This document shows, piece by piece, positions 1 through 11,500 of a stretch of 64,000 nucleotides of DNA (the first letter of the stretch is position 1; every line of letters begins with the position of its first letter). A program made the position numbers and the translations under genes. Source of the DNA: Macrostomum lignano (Eukaryota). The notes below the pieces were generated by a model. It searched no databases, was not told where the DNA came from, and was given only the letters and a program-made list of their open reading frames with translations. Location of the stretch: NCBI GenBank assembly GCA_002269645.1, contig NIVC01001854.1:57346-121345 (forward strand), given 5' to 3'.

Positions 1-107
1 GGTTAAAGCAGTCTTCAAACAACATCGCTTGCAGATGGCAAGTATACTCGTACGTGTTCACATCACGGATCAAAGAAAGAGCTGGATAGCTGCATAATAA
101 TAATTGA

Positions 108-356
108 TTGCACCTGCCCTAATGGGCAATGCGCATCTGAAGGCTGCGTACGGCTGTTCAGTCTAAGGACTGGGGGTCGCCACACACCCTCAATTACCCC
201 AGCTAATGCTGGCACCCATTTTACAGCTGGGTGAACTGAAGCAATGCAGAGTTAAGTGTCTTGCTCAAGGACAGAAATTGTTCCAGTGGGATTCGGGAAT
301 CGAACCCCCGACCTTCAAGTCATGAGTCCGACGCTCTGACCACTGGGCTACAACCC
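108..356 (-). mobile_element. tRNA-derived SINE with CORE-like central domain (copy 1)
   Basis: The minus strand begins GGTTGTAGCCCAGTGG (A box) ... GGTTCGATTCC (B box). It continues into TGTCCTTGAGCAAGACACTTAAC...CAGCTGTAAAATGGG, which resembles the MIR/CORE domain, and ends in a TTA-rich tail. A near-identical copy lies at 6363-6608. Confidence 0.85.
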
Positions 357-395
357 TAGTGGGTTCGTTGTTTAGACAAACTTGTAATAAGAATT

Positions 396-634
396 ACAGG
401 GGGCGCCACCACAGACCCTAAATATCATATTCTCAATTAAGTCCAAAATGCAGGCCGCATCATAATAAACTACCCTAAATATCACAAACCCGAAATATCA
501 CATTCTCGAAAACTCTGATGCGGCCTGCATTTTTGATTTTAGCTGAGAATGTGATATTTAGGGTTTGTTTATGATGGGGCTTGTAAGAATTTTTGAGAAT
601 GTGATATTTAGGGTTTATGATGCCCCCCAGAGGG
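396..634. repeat. Fold-back / MITE-like inverted repeat with an internal CCCTAAATATCA motif
   Basis: 416-462 is the near-perfect reverse complement of 516-563. The CCCTAAATATCA(C)ATTCTC motif occurs three times forward and twice in reverse. Confidence 0.65.
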
Positions 635-847
635 TATATAATAAACATGCTGTTATTAAGCTGCTGCTGCTCTCTGTGGCATATGCTCAAAAACTCCAGC
701 TTCTAGAGATGAAGTTATGGGGTTGAGATACCCCGACTTTCCCAAAATGAAAAACCCTAAACTTCTAAACTGGAACAACTTTTTGGTCGATCTTAATTGG
801 TAGGTTTTATGTCCCACTGTACTATAAAATAATTGTTAAACTCGAGC

Positions 848-2379
848 TCAAAGTTGATCACTCAGCAGGCACTCGAATGTGCGCATCGAGTAGGTGTAGT
901 CTAGCGGTGATGGATCAGGGGCTGGATAGTACCTCGAGAATACGATTCCAGTGGCCCAGTTCGATCCCGTGAGGCTGAGAGCTGTCGGAGGCGTGAAGTA
1001 TCGACCGTTCGGGTTGAAGCAGTGGCAGGCGCTGTACCACCAGCCTCCGTGGTACATGCTGGCGCAGTTATCTTTGGGATACGAATCCATGTCTCTGTCC
1101 GGAGCGCTGAACTTCTGGTTGTTCATGAACAGCCAGGAGTTCATTGGGCATTGAATGACGTTCGACCGGTCGACGTCCTGGGCGCCCACGGAGACTCGAT
1201 AGTCCTGATCAGCGCCCTGCACAGCGAACACGACGTTTTCCCACCACCACCAGCTGCCGTTCCACGAGCTCATCTCCCATCTCACTCTCCTGTCGCCAGC
1301 TCGAGTCAGACGGTGGATCGCCTCCAGGCCCATCCATAAGTTTCTGTCCTCGCCCTGTCCGAACTCGGACACGTAGTCCGCCCAGTTGCGGTAGAAGTTG
1401 ATAGAGGCGTCCACCCTGTGCTGGAAGGTTCGCCAGCAGCGGCCTGGCCCGAGGCCATCCAGTGGCCTCACCTGAAATTAGATCGTTGACTGATCGTGCA
1501 ACCCTTCCAGTTTACGAGTATATGTACAAGCAATTTATTTAGCCATGGATACCCATGGTCGTCACTGCTTGTCTTTGGTACTTTTACATTACAAGCGATG
1601 TGTCAAGTATACGTTTCTTAGCTCGGCATCGAAATCGGTGAAAACGAAGCGTGATCCAGGGTTTTCTCGCTGCATATGGGGGCCTCGATTTTGGAGGTGC
1701 CATCGTGAGGAGAAGACCATGCACAAAGGGCGTTTATTTATGGGAGACTGGCAATAAGCAAAGAGTACGTCGTGTCTCCGAACGGATATTTTATCTTAAA
1801 CCAAGGATCATTAAAAGCGTGCATTAAGTTGTCTTTGCCCCCAAACAAGGTCAATTTCCGGACGAAAAAACATACTGGAGAGACAATAATTGATTTGATT
1901 TGGTATGTTTTTTCAAGTCAGTTCTATCTACATGTACGCTCGTACTCGTAAATAACCATCTCGGGAGAAATTACATTTTGGATTCAAACACACTGACAGT
2001 AGATGAAATTGCCAAAAATTTACCTGTTTCCTATTTCGCCAATGCATTTTAATTTAAATTAGGCTTTTTACATTTCTGAGCAGCTCACCCAAAGCAGAGG
2101 CAGGCCGGGGTTCGCGGCGTGCCGGCACTTCCTGCAGCCGTTGCGTCCCAGGCGGCAAGTCAGAAGCTGGCAGATGCCTTCATCGCCAGAGAATGAGACG
2201 GCTTGGTGCCTCTCGCTGGCCAGAGAGACGCACGAGATGCGGCTGGCGGCGCGGACGGCGCGGTCAACCAGGTAGTCGGCGGGGTCGTCGCGCTGAGCCC
2301 GCCACTCGGAGGTCCCGGCCTCGTTGGCTGTGATTGCTGTGCTGCAGAGGTAAAGCAAGACAGCTACTGACAGCATCAT
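848..2379 (-). CDS. Secreted fibrinogen-related domain (FReD) protein with an N-terminal degenerate PAN/apple-like module; 2 exons (2379-2089, 1471-848), about 304 aa
   Basis: Exon 1 has a signal peptide (MMLSVAVLLYLCSTAITA), a TGG|GTGAGC donor and a TTTCAG|GTG acceptor in phase 0. Exon 2 carries FReD motifs FQHRVDASINFYRNWADY, WMGLEAIHRLT, KFSAPDRDMD and CASMYHGGWWYSAC. Confidence 0.88.
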
Positions 2380-3483
2380 ATTGCTGTGGCTTTAACTTTA
2401 ATCGGTTAATCTTTCCTAGGGATAACTATCTTTGTCAGCTATGAAGCAAGGAGTTTCATTGCTTAAATGGCCATAACGGCCCAGCTCAGCAGCCTTCCTG
2501 CAATTCCCCCACGTAGAACAATTCTTGTCTTTCATGCAGGAAGCAGCATTATAATTCTCAAAAAAAATGTTGGCTTCCGACACATCTTCCATTCTGTTCC
2601 TTGGAATCTGAAAGCAGGATAAAGATTTTCTTGCCTGCATTCATGGAATCTTGCCATTGTTTCACAAGTTTCCTGTGTGAAACTGTCTCTCAAAGCAATC
2701 CAGGGTGTGCAATGGTTGCCAAACAGCCTCCATATTCGATCGGTGCAGGAGAGGGGGGTTTCTAGCTTCGTCAGGCCTCTACACGCCCTGTGCCTTGGGG
2801 GTTGGTCATCATGGGTGGTGAATCGCAAACCCCTCACCAGCTGAATTTTTGTGCTCAGACTATAAAGGATAATTCGTTCAGGCCATTCTGGAAGCTTAAG
2901 TTGACATTAAATCCCCATTTATCCCATATTGTCCTGGGATTATCAATGATTCCACGCTCAAGCACCGCTCTGGTGCATGGCTTTTCATTTCGGGACAAAG
3001 TTGGCATCGATCCCCTTCGCATGTACAATGGCCTAGCTTGGAACCGAACCAGGAGTCGTGGCGCGAGAGTCAAGGCGTGTTTAACGTTAGGCTGCTCTGC
3101 CTCCCCGATTGCAGGACTGCTCTGCACTGCTGTTGATCAAACTCTCTCTCTGGTCACAAGAGAGCTTTGCTTGAAATTCTGCACTGACTGAGAAATTTCT
3201 TAAAAGGGATATACAGATCCCTGAGTATTTCAGAGCAGCTTCCATGGAAGGGAGCAATGTGCACTTCCTGTCAGTCCTGTATGGTATACACTATAGTATG
3301 CGATTAGTTTAGCACAATAAAAGTTAGCCAAAACTTCACACACAAAAGAAATTATAGACCTATACAGCCAAAATACCAACTGAAAGAAAGAGGTTAGAGG
3401 GATTGGTTTGAATGAAAGATTCTGGCACGCGGCCTTCCTAACGCGCTTAATTAGAGCCAAAGCCTATTCAAGAGCCCCTTCTC

Positions 3484-3492
3484 TATATAAAA
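3484..3492 (+). promoter_or_regulatory. Putative TATA box of cadherin A, followed by a non-coding first exon (donor at 3617)
   Basis: TATATAAAA, then AAAGAG|GTAAGA at 3617. An acceptor CCCAG sits immediately before the ATG at 4222. Confidence 0.45.
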
Positions 3493-4221
3493 GGAGAGCG
3501 ATGATCTAGAGGCACAAAAAACGGTCGGGTCTTAAGTCTCCAGTGGCACCTCTCTGCCTGATTGTTGCAATATTTTGAGTTTCTCGCCGTCTCTGGCGCG
3601 CTGTCAAGTTAAAGAGGTAAGAAAATTGAGACTGTTTTGATATCAACAGAGCCAACACTGTCCATTGTAACCATCCCAACGAAACCTGTACGCTTTTGTA
3701 GTGAGCAAAGAGAGTAAGAAATTGAGTGAACGTTGCAGACGGAAAATGAGCAATGAAAGAAGGCTACAGACTCTTTCCAGGCCCTTTTGAGCTCATCAAA
3801 GTTGAAAAGTGTGCGGACTCGCAGTAAGAAGAGCGAGTAGGTAGAGAGACAGACAGAATTCCAGTTTATTTTTTAGCGCCCACTCACTGTCTTTTCAAGC
3901 TCTCCATCAATCCCCCATAGTTGCGCTTATTTGTTTACTGTAGTTGCCAACAGACACAGTGACGAAAACACTTTGCAAAGCGCACCACCTGCTCCCTGTG
4001 TTTTGCGTAAACCAGTCCCACCCCATATCTACCCCTACGCTGCACTGTTTTCTGCAGGCTTAAATTGCTTCTTACAAAATCTAAGAGCAGAGCGCACCTG
4101 ACAGTGTCGCAAGACTGTTGCAACTAAGTTATACTTTTTGCTACTTAAATTTGATTGGCACAAATAAACGAACGATAAGTCATTGTAATTTTGAATAGTT
4201 TAAACATTTTCCAACGCCCAG

Positions 4222-7200
4222 ATGCATCGAGTACGACTGCATCACCAATTGGCAATTTTGCTTCTGGCGATCGGTTTTGCGTCCCGAGGTGAGTTGAGAG
4301 CGAAGTTCATTTCCAGTTTTCCTCTTTTAGTTGAACTCCTGTACGCATTAAACGGTTTAAATTAGCAAATGCTTTATTCCATGAACATGTAGAGCAGGAA
4401 GATTCCATACTCTCAAATTGAGACAGAGCTGCTGATGATATTGCATGGATAAAATATCTCAGCATCTAATACTTTGACAATTTTCAGGGGACGCGGCTAC
4501 AACATTCCCTTCTCTGCCGGGAAAAATTGACACCGTGTCAATCACTGAGTCGGCCTCAGCTGGTAGCACTATCTACACACTGACCGCTTCTGGAACGTCC
4601 GCTTGGGACCTCAAAGGAGGTGACGTAGCTTGCACTACAGCCACTCTGATAACTTTGTCCGCGAACTCAGGCGTATCGAGTGTTAATCTTGTAGTTGGAA
4701 CGTCTCAGCTGGACTACGAGACTAACAAGTTTCACGTCTGCCTAATCGAGTAAGACAACGATAGTTAAACTTTTACACGTCGCAATCAGTATGAAAATTT
4801 GCGATGCAAATCATGCATTTTTTCAGAGCCGATGACGGCAGCGGACCAGCTACAGCCACAGTTACCGTGAGCGTCGTCAACGCCTGGGACGTGACGCCAA
4901 CAGCTTCGACAGCAACCATCAGCGGCACAGTCAAGGAGGAGCAGCCGCCTGGCACAGCGGTGATGGACACGGCTGCAACGCCGGCTCAGATTGTGTTCAC
5001 CTTCAATGACGCTGAAATTGCCGGATCTAGCGATGTGCTCACGTGCGGCCTGAGTGGGACCAGTTCTGGGCTATTTAATGTAATTAGCGTCCTTCCGAAC
5101 TCTGCGATTGGAATTTTAAGCTTAAAAACGCACGGAAACTGTTCTTATATTAAACCGAAAAATTTGCAGGTTGCAACGGCAAAGGTGGGCAACACTTACA
5201 CCTGCACCATCTCTACCAGAGTATCAATCGATCGAGAGTCGCTAGCCGCTGACAATCTTCCGGCTGTTTACGTTACGGCGACCGACACAGGCGGTCTGGT
5301 TGGCTCAGCAACCATATCCGTGTCCGTGATAGACATCAACGACAATACGCCAACGTGTCCAACATTGACTTACACGAAAACAATCTCCGAGGTAGACACA
5401 AGCGGTACCATGGCAACTATTGCCAGCTGTACTGACGCCGATGCAGGTGTCAATGCTGATCTGGTTTACGCTTTCGTGGGTACCTACACCGGCTTCTCTC
5501 TAACTGGCAATGTTGTCACTCTGACTGCACCGCAAGATTATGATACGATTACTGCCAACCCAGTGGTTATGCTGGTCACAGTGAGTACAAATTCTTACAG
5601 GCTTTCTCTTTTTATGATTAGAGTATAAATAGCTCCTTTCTGCTTTCCGATTTGCAGATTCGCGACAATGCAGCGACAGTCTCTGAACAGCGGACCATAA
5701 CTGCTACAGTGTCGGTACAAGTGACGAGCGTTAACGACAACACGCCTACATTTTCAAGCCTCTCACCTGGCCTGACGCTGACTATTGCTGAGAGCGCCGC
5801 TCTGGGCACCACGCTGTTCACGCAAGGAGCTACAGACGCTGACAAAGCCGGCGAGCCAGACAGTACACTCACCTGGAGCATATTAAGCGCTCAGAGTACT
5901 ACCCCAGGTGGGCAATAAACAATTGGCTGCTGATCTGTTTTGTTTAGATTTACTTCTTTAATTCTTGAGCTGATTTTTCTAAAAATAATTTTTTCAGTTG
6001 GCACGACTCTAACGGGACATTTCACCATTGACAACTCCGGTACTATTAAACTGGGCACGCAGCCACTGGACTACGAGACCTGGCAGGTGGCTGAACTCGT
6101 AGTTAAAGTCGCTGACAATAGCGCAACTACCCCCAGGTCAGTCACTCGGACTTTGACGATTTCTCTCACCGATGTAAACGAGTTCGCGCCAACCTTCACT
6201 CCAAGCAACTATTACAAGGTTTCCCTTGCTGAAAGTAAGTAGTAAAATGCGAGAATTTGTTCCTAGTTTTAGTGTGTCTTAGTCGCTGAATCATTCTATC
6301 TTTGTGCCTACTGTCTTATTGTGTCTTCACGGCTGACTAAATATTTAATATTTAGTTATTTATTGCACCTGACCCAATGGGCAATGCGCATCTGAAGGCA
6401 GCTTGCGGCTGTTCAGTCCAAGGACTGGGGTCGCCACACACCCTCAATTACCCCAGCTAATGCTGGCACCCATTTTACAGCTGGGTGAACTGAAGCAATG
6501 CAGAGTTAAGTGTCTTGCTCAATGACAAAAATTGTTATAGTATCATCGGGAATCGAACCCCCGACCTTCAAGTCGTGAGTCCGACGCTCTGACCCCTGGG
6601 CTGCAACCCCCTTTCAGGCTACAATCCCTTTCAGGCTACAATCCCTTTCAGGCTACAATCCCTTTCAGGCTACAATCCCTTTCAGGCTACAATCCCTTTC
6701 AGGCCACAATCCCTTTCAGGCTACAATCCCTTTCAGGCCACAATCCCTTTCAGGCTACAATCCCTTTCAGGCCACAATCCCTTTCAGGCCACAATCCCTT
6801 TCAGGCTAAAACAACAGAGATTGATTTCTGTGGCTACAACCCCTTGTGCAGACGATGCGATGCGTACACGTATTTCTTATATGTCTTGAGTGTCTGTCTT
6901 TTAGTGTCCTTTAAAAATATGTGTCGTTGCGATACTCGTTGTGTTTTAGCGTGTCGTTCTACCTGAAAATGTTTGTTAGATAAAGACTTTGTTCATAGAT
7001 GCGTTGGTGTAATGCCAAAGCTAAAATATAACTTGCTAATTTCCAGACAACGTCGAAAACTACACTGTGTTGAATACATTCTCGTACTCGGATCCGGACA
7101 AGTCTGCTCTGCCAGTCTGGTGTGAAATCATCTCAGGCAATACGGACTCGGTGTTCAGATTCAACACAACCAACCGTAATGTGCTGGAATTGGCTAAGAC

Positions 7201-8241
7201 TATCGAACCAGACAAGGCAACTAATCATCCTTTGGTATTCTATATTGAGGTACGTTAAATTGCTTAAGCTACTTTAAACGAGGTTCATCAAAATCGACTT
7301 CAAAAACTTAATAAAATTTTCTTTACCATTCAATCCAGGTGCTGTGCAAAGACAACAACGGAACTAGCCCATTCAAGTCGAGTACAGCCACAATTGAGGT
7401 CGACATCACCACTACTAACGACAATACGCCGACCATCACTGGCACGAGTGCGTGCACCACCGCCAGCCGATGCAGCGAGGCAACCACTCTAAGCGGCTCG
7501 ACTGTTGGCACATTCAACGTCAATGACAACGACGTGGGAACTGACGGTGTTGTCGATTGTCGAATTATCGGTGAGTTCGAACATTTTACGCCTTATTACG
7601 AATTCCAACTTACTGAGTAAGGATGGTTTACTTACTGAGTACTACGTGGCCTAAATAACATACGCATGACTCAAGAGTTAACGAAATCCAACAAACGTTA
7701 TTTATCAAGGCCCAGCAGGAGCGCCCTTTGTACTCCAGGGCTGCACATCGGTGTTGCTCTCTGGATCGCTCGACTACGAGACAGCAACCAGTTATGCTTT
7801 GCAAATTGAGGCCAGAGACCGAGGCAGCCCGTCCCGAGCCAACACTCTTACCATGAACATCTACGTTGGCGATGTGGACGACAATGCTCCCTATTGCTCT
7901 ACGTACAGCTACTCGTTTAACGTCAACGAGAACCAGGGCGTGGGTTCGGCGGTTGGAACGATCAACTGCCGAGATGCTGACAATGCCGGAGTTATTTACA
8001 CACTGGTGCCGGCTACTGTTCCATTTACGGTTGCTGCCAGCGGCTCGAATGCGGTTATTAGCGTTGGAAGTAAGCCTCATATGCTATATTGTCGTAAATG
8101 TATCTATCACAGTTACTTTGTAGGTTGATTAGTTAGTTAGTTATTAGTTAGTTAGTTAATTAGTTAGTTAGTCAGTCAGTTAGTTAGTTAGTTAGTTAGT
8201 TAGTCAGTCAGTCAGTTAGTTATTTAGTTAGTCAGTCAGTC

Positions 8242-8275
<34 letters not shown>

Positions 8276-8303
8276 GTAATTAGTTAGTTAGTCAGTCAGT
8301 TAT

Positions 8304-8335
<32 letters not shown>

Positions 8336-8413
8336 GTAATTAGTTAGTTAGTCAGTCAGTTAGTTAGTTAGTTAGTTAGTTACTTAGTTAGTTAATTAGT
8401 TAGTTAGTCAGTC

Positions 8414-8450
<37 letters not shown>

Positions 8451-8473
8451 ATTAGTTAGTTAGTTAGTCAGTC

Positions 8474-8538
<65 letters not shown>

Positions 8539-11500
8539 ATTAGTTAGTTAGTCAGTCAGTTAGTTAGTTAGTCAGTTATAGTTAGCTAACATTGATATAA
8601 ACATTCAAATTTCAAAACTGCATTGTTTCAGCGTCACCTGACTACGAGTCCGTAACGTCCTACACGTTCGTCGTGCGCACCACGGACCAGGGCTCTCTTG
8701 GCCGTACAACCGACGCCACAGTGATTGTCCAAGTCCTGCCTGTCAATGAGTTTACTCCAACTTTTACAGATACAACCATCAGCGTTGCTGAGAACACAAC
8801 ACCAGGCACGGTCGTCACCACGTTTGCTGCCGTCGATGCGGACACAGGCGGTCACGGAATCGTTTCGTACAGCATTCAAGCAGGTGTGTAGCGGCTTTTT
8901 GATATTGATTACATGTATATTCATGTGTTGCTGCACACTTGTCCTTCAGTATTTTGGTAGCTAATTAAACTCTTCTCAAAATTTTAGCAACAAATGGTGG
9001 TACAGCTTTCTTTAGCATCAGCAATTCGGCACAGGTTAGCCTAATAAAGAGCCTCGATTACGAAACGACGACGCAGTACGTTTTGACAGTGAGGTCCACT
9101 GATGGTGGTGGTTCCGTGGTAAGTGCAGCACATTTCGTTTATTTACTAATCAGATTTTAAGAAGCATAAATAGTTAATTTGCAATCGCTCACCTTTTCAG
9201 GGCACGGGACTGTTGACCATTCAGGTGACTGACGTCAATGACAACAGCCCGGTTTGCACCAACGCCCAAGTCACGTAAGTGGACATATCACAGTATCAAT
9301 ACAAAAGCAACGGGAATAAACAATGCAGCAGTTCTTAAATTATACATTATATAAATCTTGAATAACCTTTACTACAGTTTGAGCATGGCCGAGAATGCGG
9401 TCTCAACCACCACTGCTACTGGCACGCAACCGGTTGCTACAGACGCCGACAGTGCTGCCTTGTACGGCAAGATTGCCTACAGCATTGGTGAGTGGCTCGG
9501 TTTTTATAATTTGACAATCGCTTTAGCGTAAGCGAAATAGGTAGGAGAAAATACAATCTTTGTTGCTGCGACAGTAGGGCGATAGCCGAAAAAATGGACA
9601 CTCTAATGTAGAAAAATGCGTCGAATTCAATTAGAGACTGGGAGTGCACAGCACCTTGATATACTGGGACTTATTACCTTAGTTAGATTTCAGGTAGCAA
9701 CTAAAGTCCTTACTTTCAGTTTCTTCTTTGGTACAAGACATGCTATTTTATATTGTAACGAACAGTGATTTAAAGCTAAGCCCAAACTGCCAAACTATTC
9801 AGCCTCGGGAAACACCGGCAATTACTTTGCCATCTCGAGCACAACTGGCACCATCAGTCGGAGCAGCACAGGCGGCTTGGATTACGAGGCTCTGACGCCG
9901 CCATACAACTATTACAACCTGACCATCCACGCCATCGATGAGAACGGAGCCGGGCCCAACACGGCCACCTGCCTGGCTAAGGTGACCGTCACCGATGTCG
10001 AAGAGGGAGCGCCCGTATTCGGCACAACAATTGCTTCGGCCACGGGCATTACTGAGTCTTCCGCAGTTGGCACTCTGGTGTACACGCCTACTTATACTCA
10101 CGTTGACAAATGGGACGTGCCAGTGTTCAGCATTCTGTCGTCGAATGGCAACTTTTCGATTGACTCAGCAACTGGAAAGGTCTACATTGCCTGTGAGTGT
10201 CGATAGCTTAGGAAGACCCTACCCTACAGAAAATTGATAGCAAAGACCGGCATTTCTTGGTACTAACAGCCAAATGAACAAAAATTAATTTATATATGAA
10301 AAATAGAGATATCTCTAGCACTAAATGAAGAATTTATTTGCAAGCTAATATTTTTGGATAAGACTTCATTTCAATCCTGGACTAGCTAATGGAAATATGC
10401 TGGAGTGTAGCGGGTGATTTATAATACCCTTGCTATTTAAAAAAAGTAAATGCTTAAAAAAGGACTTAAAACAGATTCAAGTACGTTGTGCATCATCATG
10501 GATTACATACGTTATACATCATCATAGATTACATACGTTATACAACATCATAGATTACATACGTTATACATCATCATAGATTACATACGTTATACATCAT
10601 CATAGATTACATACGTTATACAACATCATAGATTACATACGTTATACATCATCATAGATTACATACGTTATACAACATTATAGATTACATACGTTATACA
10701 TCATCATAGATTACATACGTTATACATCATCATAGATTACATACGTTATACAACATTATAGATTACATACGTTATACATCATCATAGATTACATACGTTA
10801 TACATCATCATAGATTACATACGTTATACATCATCATAGATTACATACGTTATGCACCATACATTCCATCATGTACGTACAGGGTGACGCATATGTAGTG
10901 AAACCCAAAAATGAACTAAAAACAGCAAGTTTATTAACAGTACATAAAAATTCACAAAGAATATAAAATATTAGTAAGTTTCTGTCTTCCTTTATCTGTT
11001 ATTCTGTTATTTTTGTGTTTAATTTGGTCTCCACTACATATGCGCCACCCTGTAATCATTGAAAACAATCCGGTAAACTAAACTATAATGTTAAAGGGTA
11101 AAGTATTAAATTACCCTATCAGTAACAAATAAACAATATTAAGTAATTTTATAAAATTTCAGCCGCTCTCGACTACGAAACGGCAAGTCAACACGTTTTA
11201 GTACTGGTCGCAACCGACAAAAACGGCAACACGGGAAGCATGACGCTCACAGTTCCAGTTGGAAATGTCAACGAATTTTCGCCAGTCTGCTCGCCCATGA
11301 GCACAATAGTGAACATTGACGAGAATGACTTAACATCGCCTTCGTTCCCGAAAAATGTAATGACCTTCTCATGCAGCGATGGCGACGCGGGGACAACGTT
11401 ACTGTACAGTGTCACCAAGGTAAGAAGTGATTATAATTAACAACAATCAAGGCATTTAATAAAGTGCATATTAACTTTAACTGCAGGTATACATATGCTT

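Noticed and set aside
285-356. Possible tRNA gene (Met-like, CAT in the loop) on the minus strand; similar heads at about 6540-6608 and 49755-49815
   Set aside because: The acceptor stem does not pair, the loop triplet differs between copies, and the sequence runs into a SINE body.
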